Part shown: piece after piece, positions 8,949-18,067 of the stretch
Layout: every line of letters begins with the position of its first letter
Numbering within the stretch: position 1 is the stretch's first letter
From: Calditrichia bacterium
GTDB lineage: Bacteria > Calditrichota > Calditrichia > RBG-13-44-9 > J075
Reading direction: 5' to 3'
Assembly: GCA_050633245.1 (NCBI GenBank)
Contig: JBOEGD010000007.1
Span: 219,624-283,623, forward strand
DNA length: 64,000 bases
Notes under the pieces: generated by a model
Told to the model about the DNA's origin: nothing
Databases searched by the model: none
What the model saw: the letters and a program-made list of their open reading frames with translations, nothing else
Position numbers and translations under genes: made by a program

Positions 8949-8997
8949 CGATGTATTGTAGCGACGCACAATTGTGCGTCGCTACAATACATCGTTA
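8946..8997. repeat. Perfect 52-bp palindrome with no loop, containing a GTAG-type REP-like core
   Basis: TAACGATGTATTGTAGCGACGCACAA|TTGTGCGTCGCTACAATACATCGTTA; the two 26-bp arms are exact reverse complements. Confidence 0.95.
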
Positions 8998-9002
8998 CCC
9001 AC

Positions 9003-9032
9003 TTGCCTTCCCCCCTTTCCGCTGGTTATATT
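9003..9032 (+). promoter_or_regulatory. Possible sigma70 promoter for apgM
   Basis: TTGCCT-N18-TATATT about 50 bp upstream of the start codon. Confidence 0.35.
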
Positions 9033-9081
9033 TGACCTTTCTATCAATATTTAATATTACCCGACACCAAAGGACGATACC

Positions 9082-10287
9082 ATGAAGCCGGAACTCCTCG
9101 CTGAATTGATCACCAAAAACGACAGTAAAATTATATTTATGGTTATGGATGGCCTCGGTGGTCACCCGATAGACGGCGACGGCTGCGAATTGGAGATCGC
9201 CAATACACCAAATCTAAACCGCTTTGCACGGGAAGGCATTACCGGTGTTCTCGATCCGGTTAGCCCGGGTATTACGCCGGGAAGCGGACCTGGTCACCTG
9301 GCATTATTTGGCTACGACCCGCTGGACAATCTTATCGGACGCGGCGTTTTATCCGCACTGGGTATAGACTTTGAATTGACCGGAAGAGATGTGGCCTGCC
9401 GCCTGAATTTCTGCACACTGGACGACAATGGAATCGTCATGGATAGACGAGCGGGCAGGATCGCCACAGAAATAAACGAAAAACTGTGTAAAATCTTAAG
9501 AGAAAATGTGTCGCTTGGCGACAATGTTGAGTTCTTTCTGCAATCCGTATCTGAACATCGTGCGGTATTGGTTCTGCGTGGAGACGGCTTAGGCGGTGAT
9601 ATTAACGATACTGATCCGCAAAAAACAGGATTGCCGCCACGCGAAGCAAAAGGTGCAAACGAGGCCTCACAAAAAACCGTTGGCTATATCAACTCCTTCT
9701 TGCAGCAAACACATGAGCTGCTTAAAAATGAAGCGCCTGCAAATATGGTGCTGGCAAGAGGGTTTGCCGCATTCAATCCCCTACCCACAATGGAAGAGCG
9801 TTATGGACTTAAAGCAGCAGCGGTAGCGCAATATCCAATGTATCGCGGGCTGGCGCGGTTGGTTGGTATGGATGTCTTTCCTCGCCCGGAAAGCTATGAT
9901 GCCATGTATCAGCAGATTCGCGATAACTACGACGCCTACGATTTCTTCTTCGTGCACTTTAAGAAAACTGACAGCAGCGGCGAAGACGGCGACTTTAACA
10001 AGAAGGTGAAGATAATTGAAGAGATTGATGCCTGGGCCGCTCAGTTACGCGATTTAAACCCGACGGTTCTTGCGGTTACCGGAGATCACTCGACACCATC
10101 CAAGTTCTCTGCTCACAGCTGGCATCCGGTACCAACGTTATTGTGGTCAGACAATTGTCGGCCAGACCGCGTAACGGAATTCGGTGAAAATGCCTGTATT
10201 GGAGGAGCAATTGGACGCATGGAAACAAAACATCTGATGATGTTGTGTATGGCGAATGCACTAAGACTGAATAAGTTTGGGGCTTAA
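9082..10287 (+). CDS. apgM: 2,3-bisphosphoglycerate-independent phosphoglycerate mutase (ApgM type)
   Basis: MDGLGG, TPNL, ITPGSGPGHLALFGYDP, DRRAGRI, HFKKTD..GEDG and TGDHSTP..HSWHPVP motifs. Confidence 0.95.
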   Translation: MKPELLAELITKNDSKIIFMVMDGLGGHPIDGDGCELEIANTPNLNRFAREGITGVLDPVSPGITPGSGPGHLALFGYDPLDNLIGRGVLSALGIDFELTGRDVACRLNFCTLDDNGIVMDRRAGRIATEINEKLCKILRENVSLGDNVEFFLQSVSEHRAVLVLRGDGLGGDINDTDPQKTGLPPREAKGANEASQKTVGYINSFLQQTHELLKNEAPANMVLARGFAAFNPLPTMEERYGLKAAAVAQYPMYRGLARLVGMDVFPRPESYDAMYQQIRDNYDAYDFFFVHFKKTDSSGEDGDFNKKVKIIEEIDAWAAQLRDLNPTVLAVTGDHSTPSKFSAHSWHPVPTLLWSDNCRPDRVTEFGENACIGGAIGRMETKHLMMLCMANALRLNKFGA

Positions 10288-10315
10288 AAGCAGGGGTCAG
10301 GGCAGAAAAATGTTA

Positions 10316-10379
10316 AGCAGTTTTGAAAAAGTGGAGCAGTTTTGAAAAAGTGGAGCAGTTTTGAAAACTGCTCCACTTT
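10316..10379. repeat. 19-bp tandem repeat (about 2.7 copies) ending in a 16-bp-arm palindrome; likely bidirectional terminator
   Basis: (AGCAGTTTTGAAAAAGTGG)x2 plus a partial third copy. AAAGTGGAGCAGTTTT-G-AAAACTGCTCCACTTT at 10347-10379 lies between convergent genes. Confidence 0.85.
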
Positions 10380-10389
10380 AATATCGGTG

Positions 10390-13300
10390 CTATCTAATCA
10401 ACGTCATTTTCTTCGTAATAACTTGCCCACCAGCCTTCAGGCGATAGAAATAAATTCCCGATTGAACAGGCTTTCCGGTATCATCCGTCGCACGCCAGGT
10501 TATCTGATGGCTTCCGGCAGCAATTTGCTCATCCACAAGCAAGCTTACTCGCTGTCCGAGAAGATTGTAGACTTCCAAGAGTACGCTTTCTGACTGCGCT
10601 AGTGCAAAGCGGATAACCGTTTCCGGGTTGAATGGGTTCGGATAGTTCTGAGCAAGGATAATCTGGTCAGGAACAATACCGCCTTCAACAGGATCAATTG
10701 AAAGCGCCAGATCTTCTTCAATCTCAAGAATCTGATTCACTTCCACTGCAGCAATTCGCTGAACTACGCCAGATGTCCACTCAATTCGAACAGAATCGAC
10801 ACGTGAGGCATTTGACAGGCCAAATTCGACGTCCAGACTGTTTTGGCTATTATAACCGGTCTGAGTCGATATTTCCTGCATCTGCCAGCGATCTTCGCCG
10901 TTAATGCGAGCTCGAACACGCACTTTTGTTCCAACGGCTTGTCCCGGAGCTATCTGCCCCTTCACGCGAAGCGTAATCCAGTTATTACCATTAACCTGAT
11001 CATTCTCATATAAAAAGTTACTTAACTCATTTGGTGCCTGATCGCCATTTGCAGCGAACAGATCCAAATCGCCATCACCATCATAATCTGCCCAGGTCAT
11101 ACTATTGGTACGGGCAACATCGGTAACAACCGGCTGATTCGTCACTGCAGTAAATCCACCAAATCCATCACCAAGATAAAGACGGTTCTGTCCGGAAACC
11201 GCATCGTCGCCAATGGCTAAATCCAGATCACCATCATTATCGAAATCACCAAAAGCCGCACCAACGGAAAGGCCGCCATCCGTTACCGGGTCAATGCCTG
11301 TAGCTGTAGTAAACGTTCCGTCATCATTGTTTAGATAAAGCGTATTGTTCTCATCAAAATAATTGGTAACGAATAAATCTAAATCACCATCTCTGTCTAC
11401 ATCAGCCCAACTTGCACCGACTGAATTACCTACATCAGTAGCGATATTTCCGCTTGTGACTGCTGTAAAGCTGCCGTCACCATTATTTGTGTACAAGCTG
11501 TTTACAACGCCGGATCCAAAGTTCGCGTTTGCGACAAACAGATCGGGATAGCCATCATTATTGTAATCTGCCCAGGAACAGCCCAGCGAAGGCGTATTTC
11601 CTGTAGCTACTACGCTACCACTGAGGCGTGTAAAGCTGCCAGAGCCAAGATTCTCATACAGAGCATTTGGCTGGTTATGGTTTGCAACAAACAAATCGAG
11701 ATCTCCATCCAAATCGAAATCTGCCCAGGCAGCACTCCATGAGCCATCGGCGTCGGTTGCCACCGGTCCATCCGTCACTTTCACAAAGCTGCCATTGTCA
11801 TTGCGATAGAGGAAGTTTGCCTGATTCTGACTGCTTCCGCCATTCACGACAAATAGGTCGACATCACCATCTTCATCATAATCTACCCAGTGGCTACCAT
11901 AAGAGAATCCGCCATCGGTAACCGGAGCAATGCCACTCACAGAAGTGAAGGAACCATTCCCTTCGTTTTCATAAAGAAGGTTATTACCATTAATAATATT
12001 TGCTACGAACAGATCGAGATCACCATCGTTATCGTAATCAGCCCAGCTGCCCCCTTCGGAGAAAAGCTGATCGTTGCCAATATCACCGGCACTGGCGCTC
12101 GAAAATGCACCCTGCTCATAGGTAAAGCTATTCAGTTCGCGTGAAGCTACGATCGAAAAACCATCCGTTGCTTCAATCATCCAGCTGTAGGTATCGCCGT
12201 CGTTAAGCAACGACAGATCCAGCGCAAATGAGGTATCGGAAATTCCAGAGAACGTGGTATCCAGACCATTGCCCTGAAGGCGCAGGTTAAAGCTGGTTCC
12301 CATTTCAGTTCCAAGCAGTCCGTTGCCACCGACCAGGTCCCAGCGAAAACGTGCAAAGTCCAGCGCACGAATTGTCTCTCCATCTTCCGGGAAGGTAAGA
12401 TCGACCTGGCGGATAGGAGCTACTTCACCGATGCCTTCGCGAATTTCAATGTGTCGATCAGCAGGAACGTCGTAAATACGATCGATTGCGCCAGCCGGCC
12501 AGTAAACAATAATTGAATCTGCAGTCGCTACAGTTCCAAGACCAAAATGCGCCGTCAGCAGGTCGTTCTGTGAGCAGAAACTATCGCCTGCCCGAATCTC
12601 ACGAATTTGCTTCATGCCGTTGGTATAAAGATCGATTCTGGCGCCCACTCCATGATAAGTAGACTGTGAGCCTCGAGTCGTAATCTTGATCCAGTGATTC
12701 GTGCCGCCATTGTTTATCATCAGGCGATTTTCCGGGCCACCTGCACTAAAAACATCCATCCAACCATCGTTATTAAAGTCTGCAACGGCCACTGCCTGAT
12801 GATTATCCTCAATAATTCCGGCACTTCCGGAGATATTGGTAAACGTACCATTACCCTGATTTTTATAAAGGCCGTGGTCAGTATTGCTGTTTCCGACGTA
12901 GATGTCGATCCAACCATCGTTATCAAAATCTGCTGCTGCTGTGGCATAGCTGGAGTTCGACGTGTTTCCCTGAACGCCCGCGGTAGCAGCCATATCAGTA
13001 AATGTGCCATCCCGATTATTCTTGTAGAGCACATTGCGGCCAACCTGAATACCGCCATGATTGGTATTTGCAATAAAAATATCCAGCCAGCCATCGTTAT
13101 CATAATCTAACCAGCTAATTCCCCAGCTGGCCAATGAGTCTGCCACTCCGGCCTGATAGTTCACGTCAGTAAAGGTATTATCGCCATTATTGCGGAGGAG
13201 GTGCTTTATGGAATTACTCGGGCTTCCATTACAGGTTGCGATAAAGACATCCGGGTAGCCATCATTATTATAGTCACCCCAAGACATACCATAAGAGTTG

Positions 13301-13899
13301 CCATTGGTTGGTGCATTAGAAGAAGAGGTTATTTCGATAAATCCACCGTTACCATCATTCAGAAACATCTGATTGTCACCAGTGTCTTCATTTACAAAGA
13401 GATCCAGCATACCATCGCGATTAAAATCGCTCCAGCCTGCACCCTGAGTCAGACCGAGAACATTCAGGCCAATCTGCTGATCGACTCGCTCGAACGTACG
13501 ATTTCCATTATTGCGAAAAAGACGGCTATTACTGGAAAAAGAAAAATCCTCAAAGAGGATATCCAAATAACCGTCATTGTCATAGTCACCGAAGACAGCG
13601 CCAAAAATGCTCGAGCCTTCATTAATGCCGGTGCTATTCATAATATTTGTAAAGCTGCCACCATTATTAATATAGAGTCTTCCCGGATGATAAATGTCCG
13701 GAAGCCCGTCATTGTTAAAGTCTGCAACACTACATCCCCAATCGAAACTGTTGTTGCGTGGAGAAAGCTGTATTGACGCATCGGTGAAGGTTTGCGCAGC
13801 AAGCGACAACTGCATTATAACCAACACCACTATAGTGGTGCAGGCGGCAGGCAGTATGTTCCCGGAGCGACTGGAATTTTCGTAACGAAACAGATTCAT
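10390..13899 (-). CDS. Secreted FG-GAP/VCBS-repeat protein with two tandem CRTAC1/ASPIC-UnbV-like modules and a C-terminal FlgD-Ig/T9SS-type sorting domain
   Basis: Many WADYDNDGDLD/DFNNDG repeats. Two ASPIC-like units (HFGLG..DSIIVYWPAG; EFGLS..DSVRIEWTSG) and QNYPNPFNP..GIYFYRL..KKMTLIR. Start placed at ATG 13899 behind a GGAGG RBS. Confidence 0.9.
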   Translation of the reverse strand: MNLFRYENSSRSGNILPAACTTIVVLVIMQLSLAAQTFTDASIQLSPRNNSFDWGCSVADFNNDGLPDIYHPGRLYINNGGSFTNIMNSTGINEGSSIFGAVFGDYDNDGYLDILFEDFSFSSNSRLFRNNGNRTFERVDQQIGLNVLGLTQGAGWSDFNRDGMLDLFVNEDTGDNQMFLNDGNGGFIEITSSSNAPTNGNSYGMSWGDYNNDGYPDVFIATCNGSPSNSIKHLLRNNGDNTFTDVNYQAGVADSLASWGISWLDYDNDGWLDIFIANTNHGGIQVGRNVLYKNNRDGTFTDMAATAGVQGNTSNSSYATAAADFDNDGWIDIYVGNSNTDHGLYKNQGNGTFTNISGSAGIIEDNHQAVAVADFNNDGWMDVFSAGGPENRLMINNGGTNHWIKITTRGSQSTYHGVGARIDLYTNGMKQIREIRAGDSFCSQNDLLTAHFGLGTVATADSIIVYWPAGAIDRIYDVPADRHIEIREGIGEVAPIRQVDLTFPEDGETIRALDFARFRWDLVGGNGLLGTEMGTSFNLRLQGNGLDTTFSGISDTSFALDLSLLNDGDTYSWMIEATDGFSIVASRELNSFTYEQGAFSSASAGDIGNDQLFSEGGSWADYDNDGDLDLFVANIINGNNLLYENEGNGSFTSVSGIAPVTDGGFSYGSHWVDYDEDGDVDLFVVNGGSSQNQANFLYRNDNGSFVKVTDGPVATDADGSWSAAWADFDLDGDLDLFVANHNQPNALYENLGSGSFTRLSGSVVATGNTPSLGCSWADYNNDGYPDLFVANANFGSGVVNSLYTNNGDGSFTAVTSGNIATDVGNSVGASWADVDRDGDLDLFVTNYFDENNTLYLNNDDGTFTTATGIDPVTDGGLSVGAAFGDFDNDGDLDLAIGDDAVSGQNRLYLGDGFGGFTAVTNQPVVTDVARTNSMTWADYDGDGDLDLFAANGDQAPNELSNFLYENDQVNGNNWITLRVKGQIAPGQAVGTKVRVRARINGEDRWQMQEISTQTGYNSQNSLDVEFGLSNASRVDSVRIEWTSGVVQRIAAVEVNQILEIEEDLALSIDPVEGGIVPDQIILAQNYPNPFNPETVIRFALAQSESVLLEVYNLLGQRVSLLVDEQIAAGSHQITWRATDDTGKPVQSGIYFYRLKAGGQVITKKMTLIR

Positions 13900-14003
13900 G
13901 TGTGAACCTCCAGACATGGATTTAAGTGTCTCTTTATACAGAAAAGGGGCACGCAAACTCCCCTTTTTAAAAGTGTTCTAATGTTCCCGAATAGGAATAG
14001 AAG

Positions 14004-14033
14004 ATGCTTCCGGCGAACAATCGCCGAAAGCAT
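14004..14033 (-). terminator. Stem-loop after the choice-of-anchor B gene (terminator or stabilising hairpin)
   Basis: Minus strand reads ATGCTTTCGGCGA-TTGT-TCGCCGGAAGCAT; only a weak U tract follows. Confidence 0.5.
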
Positions 14034-14058
14034 TACAGAATCTAAGATAGACTTTTTC

Positions 14059-16578
14059 TTAACGAATCAAAATCATCTTTCGGCTTTTTGCAACTCCACT
14101 GCTTTCCAGACGGTAGAAATAAACACCTGAACTAACGGCATTACCGTTATTATCGGTTCCATTCCACTCCACCTCAAATGTACCGCTATTAACCGTTTCG
14201 TTCAGTAACGATTTTACTTTTTGTCCCAATGCACTATAGACCGTTAGTGAAACCGGGCTTCGCTGCCCAACCTCAAAACGAATGGTTGTGGTAGGATTAA
14301 ACGGATTCGGGTAGTTCTGAGCAAGCTCGAACGTTCCCGGTAATGCATCTCCGATTGGCTCAATCGCTGAAATGACTGAGAACCAGTTCAGCACATTTGC
14401 AAACAGCTGGTTTCGCGTATTGGTATTGGTAATTACTTCCAGCCCGAAACCGAACAAAGCTGTTTTGGAGCCATTCGTTGTATTATCAAGAATGGTTGCC
14501 GCAGAAGGCCCACCGACATAAGTAAAGCTGCTCTGCGCCGCTGAGGAAGCCAATGGAGTAACCGCATCACGCGATTGTTGGGAAGCCGGAAACTGAACTA
14601 ATCCTGAAGTAATAGGATTTCCACCAACCGGGAAAATCAGCGGCGGGTTTGGTGCCGCGCCACTATACTCGGACTGGAAATAAGTTGCAAGAAAAGAAGG
14701 ATCGCTGCTGCCGAGCCCTTCAGCGATATCCGCTCCGGACAGAAGTAATTTGCCGCCATTGTCTAAAAAGCCCTTCAGACCATCAATTTCCGCTGTGTTC
14801 AATGCAGTCGTTCCGGCAGCTCCACTAAACCAAACAATTGCCGGGCTCTGCAATTGATTCACATCGCTGAAAGGCACGTCTGGCCCGTCTGCCTGAATCA
14901 ACCATTCAAATGCCTCAGCACCACTTGCCGCTATAGCATCAAGATAGGCAGCCGAAAAGTTCCCGTCCGGGTCATCGTTAACCAGAAGTAAATCTGCCGG
15001 TTGACGATTAAAGTCTATTGTCGTTGTTTGACCGCCAAGAACAACTGGTTCCTCAACCACTCTGCGAGTGTAGGGGAAGTCTTTTTCGATGGCAACCACG
15101 CGATAATCTGTCCATATACTGTCCGTTGCAGCAAGATCAGCAAAATTATATATGCCATCGCTTCCGGTAGTTACCGTAAGAACTGAAGGCTCAGACAAAA
15201 AGCGGCTTTCCAAAACCAGACCAACTTCTACACCGGCCAATGGCTGCGCGTTATTGTCATCAATAAGACCGCTAATATTACCACGCCCCGAGAGGTTGAG
15301 TGACACGGTAATACTGTCACTATTCCCCGGAACAGAGGTAAAGGCAATCTCTTGAAACTCGTATCCAAATGCACCGACGCGCAGAGTAAGGTTATCGGCA
15401 AATCCAACACCAGTGCGGAACACCCCATCGGCATTAGTTCGCGAAACAGTGGATGTCTCCACGATTTCAACCCAGGCATCTTCAATCGTCGCATTTGTAG
15501 TTGCATCTGTAATAGAGCCGCTTAGTTTATACGCAGTGGTATTATTGAATTCCAAAACGTATAGACCGGTTGCCATATCGCTTGCAACCACAAGACCATT
15601 CGAAGCATACGGATACATTCCCCAATTTCCGAAGGTCACCGGGTTTTCACCATTAATCGTATCGTAGTTACCAACTTCTATCATAATGCCGGGATTACTG
15701 ATATCAAGAATTTTTGCTCCGGATTGATAGTGCGAGACATAGGCATAGTCACCCTTTATAAATACATTATGCGCCAGCGTGCTTTCGCCAATATATTCGC
15801 TGGTAATGGAAACATTGCTCAGGTCGCGAATATCCCACATCTTAATCGACTTGCCAGCGGTTTCTTCAGTTGTAATCATATAAGAATCATCCGGGGTTGC
15901 CCACACATTGTGTACATAACCTGCGGCCGGAATGGTCACCCGCTCAATAAGAGATGGATTTAGTGGATCGGACACATCAATTATTGCGATTGTTGGGCGG
16001 ACACCTTCTGCTACATACAGACGTCCGTTTTGAGCAAAAACATCGTGTGCGTCGTTCGCAATGCCGGCCAGGGAACCAATCTCTACCGGATTTGCCGGGT
16101 CGGCAAGACTAAACATGGTTACCGGTTTCGCAAAGTTGAAGTCCTCGATTGCATAGAGAATAGCCGCCGAGGTATCAACAAAATTATTGTGTAATTCCGT
16201 AGCGAAATTACCAAACTCCCCGATAATCGTTGCAGACGTCGGCAGGTTAGCCAGATCAACAACTAAAAAGTTGTTGCTGGACTCGGTTGAGACATACATA
16301 TAATTTTGATACGTTTTCATATCATACCAGCCACCCTGCACCCAGGGGACAAACACAACTTCGCTGATATTCGATTGATCCGATATATCAACGATGCTTA
16401 CGCCACCACTCAGGCCAAGCAGGGCATAGTCCTTTCCATTGGCATCAGTATAGCCCCAGCAGTCCGTATAGTTTCCATAGTCATTAAGGTTTGCAACTAA
16501 AGACATATTACGATTTTGGGCCATTAATGCAGTAGTGAAGCATACAAAAAACAGAATACAGAAGTATCTAAACGTCAT
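14059..16578 (-). CDS. Secreted choice-of-anchor B / LVIVD-repeat protein with carboxypeptidase-regulatory-like domains and a FlgD-Ig/T9SS-type C-terminal domain
   Basis: Signal peptide, then DCWGY, YDMKTY, HDVF, HNVW, TTEE, AHNVFI, SHYQSG and WGMYP motifs, ending QNYPNPFNP..SGVYFYRL. AGGAG RBS precedes ATG 16578. Confidence 0.88.
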   Translation of the reverse strand: MTFRYFCILFFVCFTTALMAQNRNMSLVANLNDYGNYTDCWGYTDANGKDYALLGLSGGVSIVDISDQSNISEVVFVPWVQGGWYDMKTYQNYMYVSTESSNNFLVVDLANLPTSATIIGEFGNFATELHNNFVDTSAAILYAIEDFNFAKPVTMFSLADPANPVEIGSLAGIANDAHDVFAQNGRLYVAEGVRPTIAIIDVSDPLNPSLIERVTIPAAGYVHNVWATPDDSYMITTEETAGKSIKMWDIRDLSNVSITSEYIGESTLAHNVFIKGDYAYVSHYQSGAKILDISNPGIMIEVGNYDTINGENPVTFGNWGMYPYASNGLVVASDMATGLYVLEFNNTTAYKLSGSITDATTNATIEDAWVEIVETSTVSRTNADGVFRTGVGFADNLTLRVGAFGYEFQEIAFTSVPGNSDSITVSLNLSGRGNISGLIDDNNAQPLAGVEVGLVLESRFLSEPSVLTVTTGSDGIYNFADLAATDSIWTDYRVVAIEKDFPYTRRVVEEPVVLGGQTTTIDFNRQPADLLLVNDDPDGNFSAAYLDAIAASGAEAFEWLIQADGPDVPFSDVNQLQSPAIVWFSGAAGTTALNTAEIDGLKGFLDNGGKLLLSGADIAEGLGSSDPSFLATYFQSEYSGAAPNPPLIFPVGGNPITSGLVQFPASQQSRDAVTPLASSAAQSSFTYVGGPSAATILDNTTNGSKTALFGFGLEVITNTNTRNQLFANVLNWFSVISAIEPIGDALPGTFELAQNYPNPFNPTTTIRFEVGQRSPVSLTVYSALGQKVKSLLNETVNSGTFEVEWNGTDNNGNAVSSGVYFYRLESSGVAKSRKMILIR

Positions 16579-16778
16579 TTCCACTCCTAATAATAAGATT
16601 TATGGTATTGGCTCGTTGCGATAGTTTCGATGTTATAAACACGCGGTAAACTCAGGTTTCATCTCAGAGAGCAAACAAACATACATGCTGTTTCACAGAG
16701 AGACGATAGGTAAATAAAAAAAGTTCTAATCGATGTAGTCCAGCCTACAGTAACAGACGGCAGTCTAAACGTATTACG

Positions 16779-18053
16779 CTAGAGCGTTCGGGAAGTTGCA
16801 GAAGAAGGTACTGCGTAGACGCCTTGCCAATCACGTGGCGGCGGTTTTAGAAGGAATTCCTGGCAGCGTAGCAGGTAGATTCGCGACGGTTCATCATCGC
16901 CGTCAATCTGCAGCGCCTGACGAAAACGATTTGCTGAGAGCTCCCACTTACGATCCATATAAAGCTCCAGACCTTCATGGAAATGGTCGAGCAGCTCTAT
17001 TCGGCTGGCGCCGAGAGCTTCGTTTCGCAGCCCAAGCAGCTGATGCAGGTAAAGCGGCGCGTCTTCTCGAGGTAAACGAATACGCGAAAATTTTCGAGCC
17101 CATATATGCTCAGAAATCAACTCAAAACAGCGTTCGCTAAGCAGAATCCTGCTGCCATAGAGCGTATTGAGACGGGCAATTTGCTGGCTAGCCTGAGCAA
17201 CAGCACCACCGGCAGAAATTCGCTGCCACTTACCGGGCCCTACATTGCCAACCACTAATTTACCGCTGTGCATGCCAATTAACCAGCCCGCAGTATTGAC
17301 GCCGGGAAGCGCAGTCAATTTCTCCTCAACATCTCGTAGAGCCCGACGTATTTTTAACACGGCATTGCACGCGCTAATAGTTTGTTCGGGAACATTATCT
17401 GAGTGTTGCCAAAACGCTGCAACGGCGCCACCCGGGGCAATTTCGGCGATCCCCATGTGCCCTTTTACCAAAGAAACGATGAGTTCGTTGGCTTCAGCGA
17501 TTAACGGCATAATCAATTCAGGTTCAGAGCGTGCAAGCTGATCGTGCAAACAATCCAGTTCAATATACACACTGGTACCCTCAAAGCTTTTGCCCTGCAG
17601 GCTTAGTTGCTTTTCCTGTCCACGCAGCTGCCGAAGGATTGGGGAAGGAATTTGAGCAGCGAGTGGATCTCTTAAATCATATTCTTCACGATTGAGGATT
17701 GCCTGAATGGTGTAATATATTAAAAATGCCGTCCAGACGCTGAGAATCAACATTCCTGCAGAAAGCTCAACCTTTAAAGAAGACTGAATTGGAAGAGCAA
17801 TCAGACCAATAAAAACGGTGAGCATAATCGCAATAAGCATCCCCCCGGCGAGCCGGAAGCGCTGGTAGAGAAAAATACTTAAAATCGCAAAAAAAATCGT
17901 TAGCGCTACCGGCAAAGCCGAGAATTCAGCAACATGCGGAATACGCAACTGTTTCATTAGCTGTGCATATACGCCACTTGATGCACCAAGGAGTGCCCAA
18001 ATTGCCGCACAGGTTGCCAACAACAATTGCGATTTGTTTCTTGAAAACCACAT
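16779..18053 (-). CDS. Membrane-anchored class III nucleotidyl cyclase homologue with C-terminal TPR; catalytic residues degenerate
   Basis: Cyclase scaffold AAFW..SACNAVL..IGMHSGKLVVGNVG..LNTLYGSRILLSE and typical PP.DW.GV tail. Metal-binding Asp residues and the NxxxR motif are not conserved. Confidence 0.8.
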   Translation of the reverse strand: MWFSRNKSQLLLATCAAIWALLGASSGVYAQLMKQLRIPHVAEFSALPVALTIFFAILSIFLYQRFRLAGGMLIAIMLTVFIGLIALPIQSSLKVELSAGMLILSVWTAFLIYYTIQAILNREEYDLRDPLAAQIPSPILRQLRGQEKQLSLQGKSFEGTSVYIELDCLHDQLARSEPELIMPLIAEANELIVSLVKGHMGIAEIAPGGAVAAFWQHSDNVPEQTISACNAVLKIRRALRDVEEKLTALPGVNTAGWLIGMHSGKLVVGNVGPGKWQRISAGGAVAQASQQIARLNTLYGSRILLSERCFELISEHIWARKFSRIRLPREDAPLYLHQLLGLRNEALGASRIELLDHFHEGLELYMDRKWELSANRFRQALQIDGDDEPSRIYLLRCQEFLLKPPPRDWQGVYAVPSSATSRTL

Positions 18054-18067
18054 AAAGATCAGCCTGC

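Noticed and set aside
10316-10379. CRISPR-like repeats
   Set aside because: The 19-bp units are directly adjacent with no spacers, and there are no cas genes.
12694-13776. Plus-strand ORFs of 138 and 191 aa
   Set aside because: Antisense shadows of the repetitive FG-GAP gene with Ile/Val-biased composition and no motifs.
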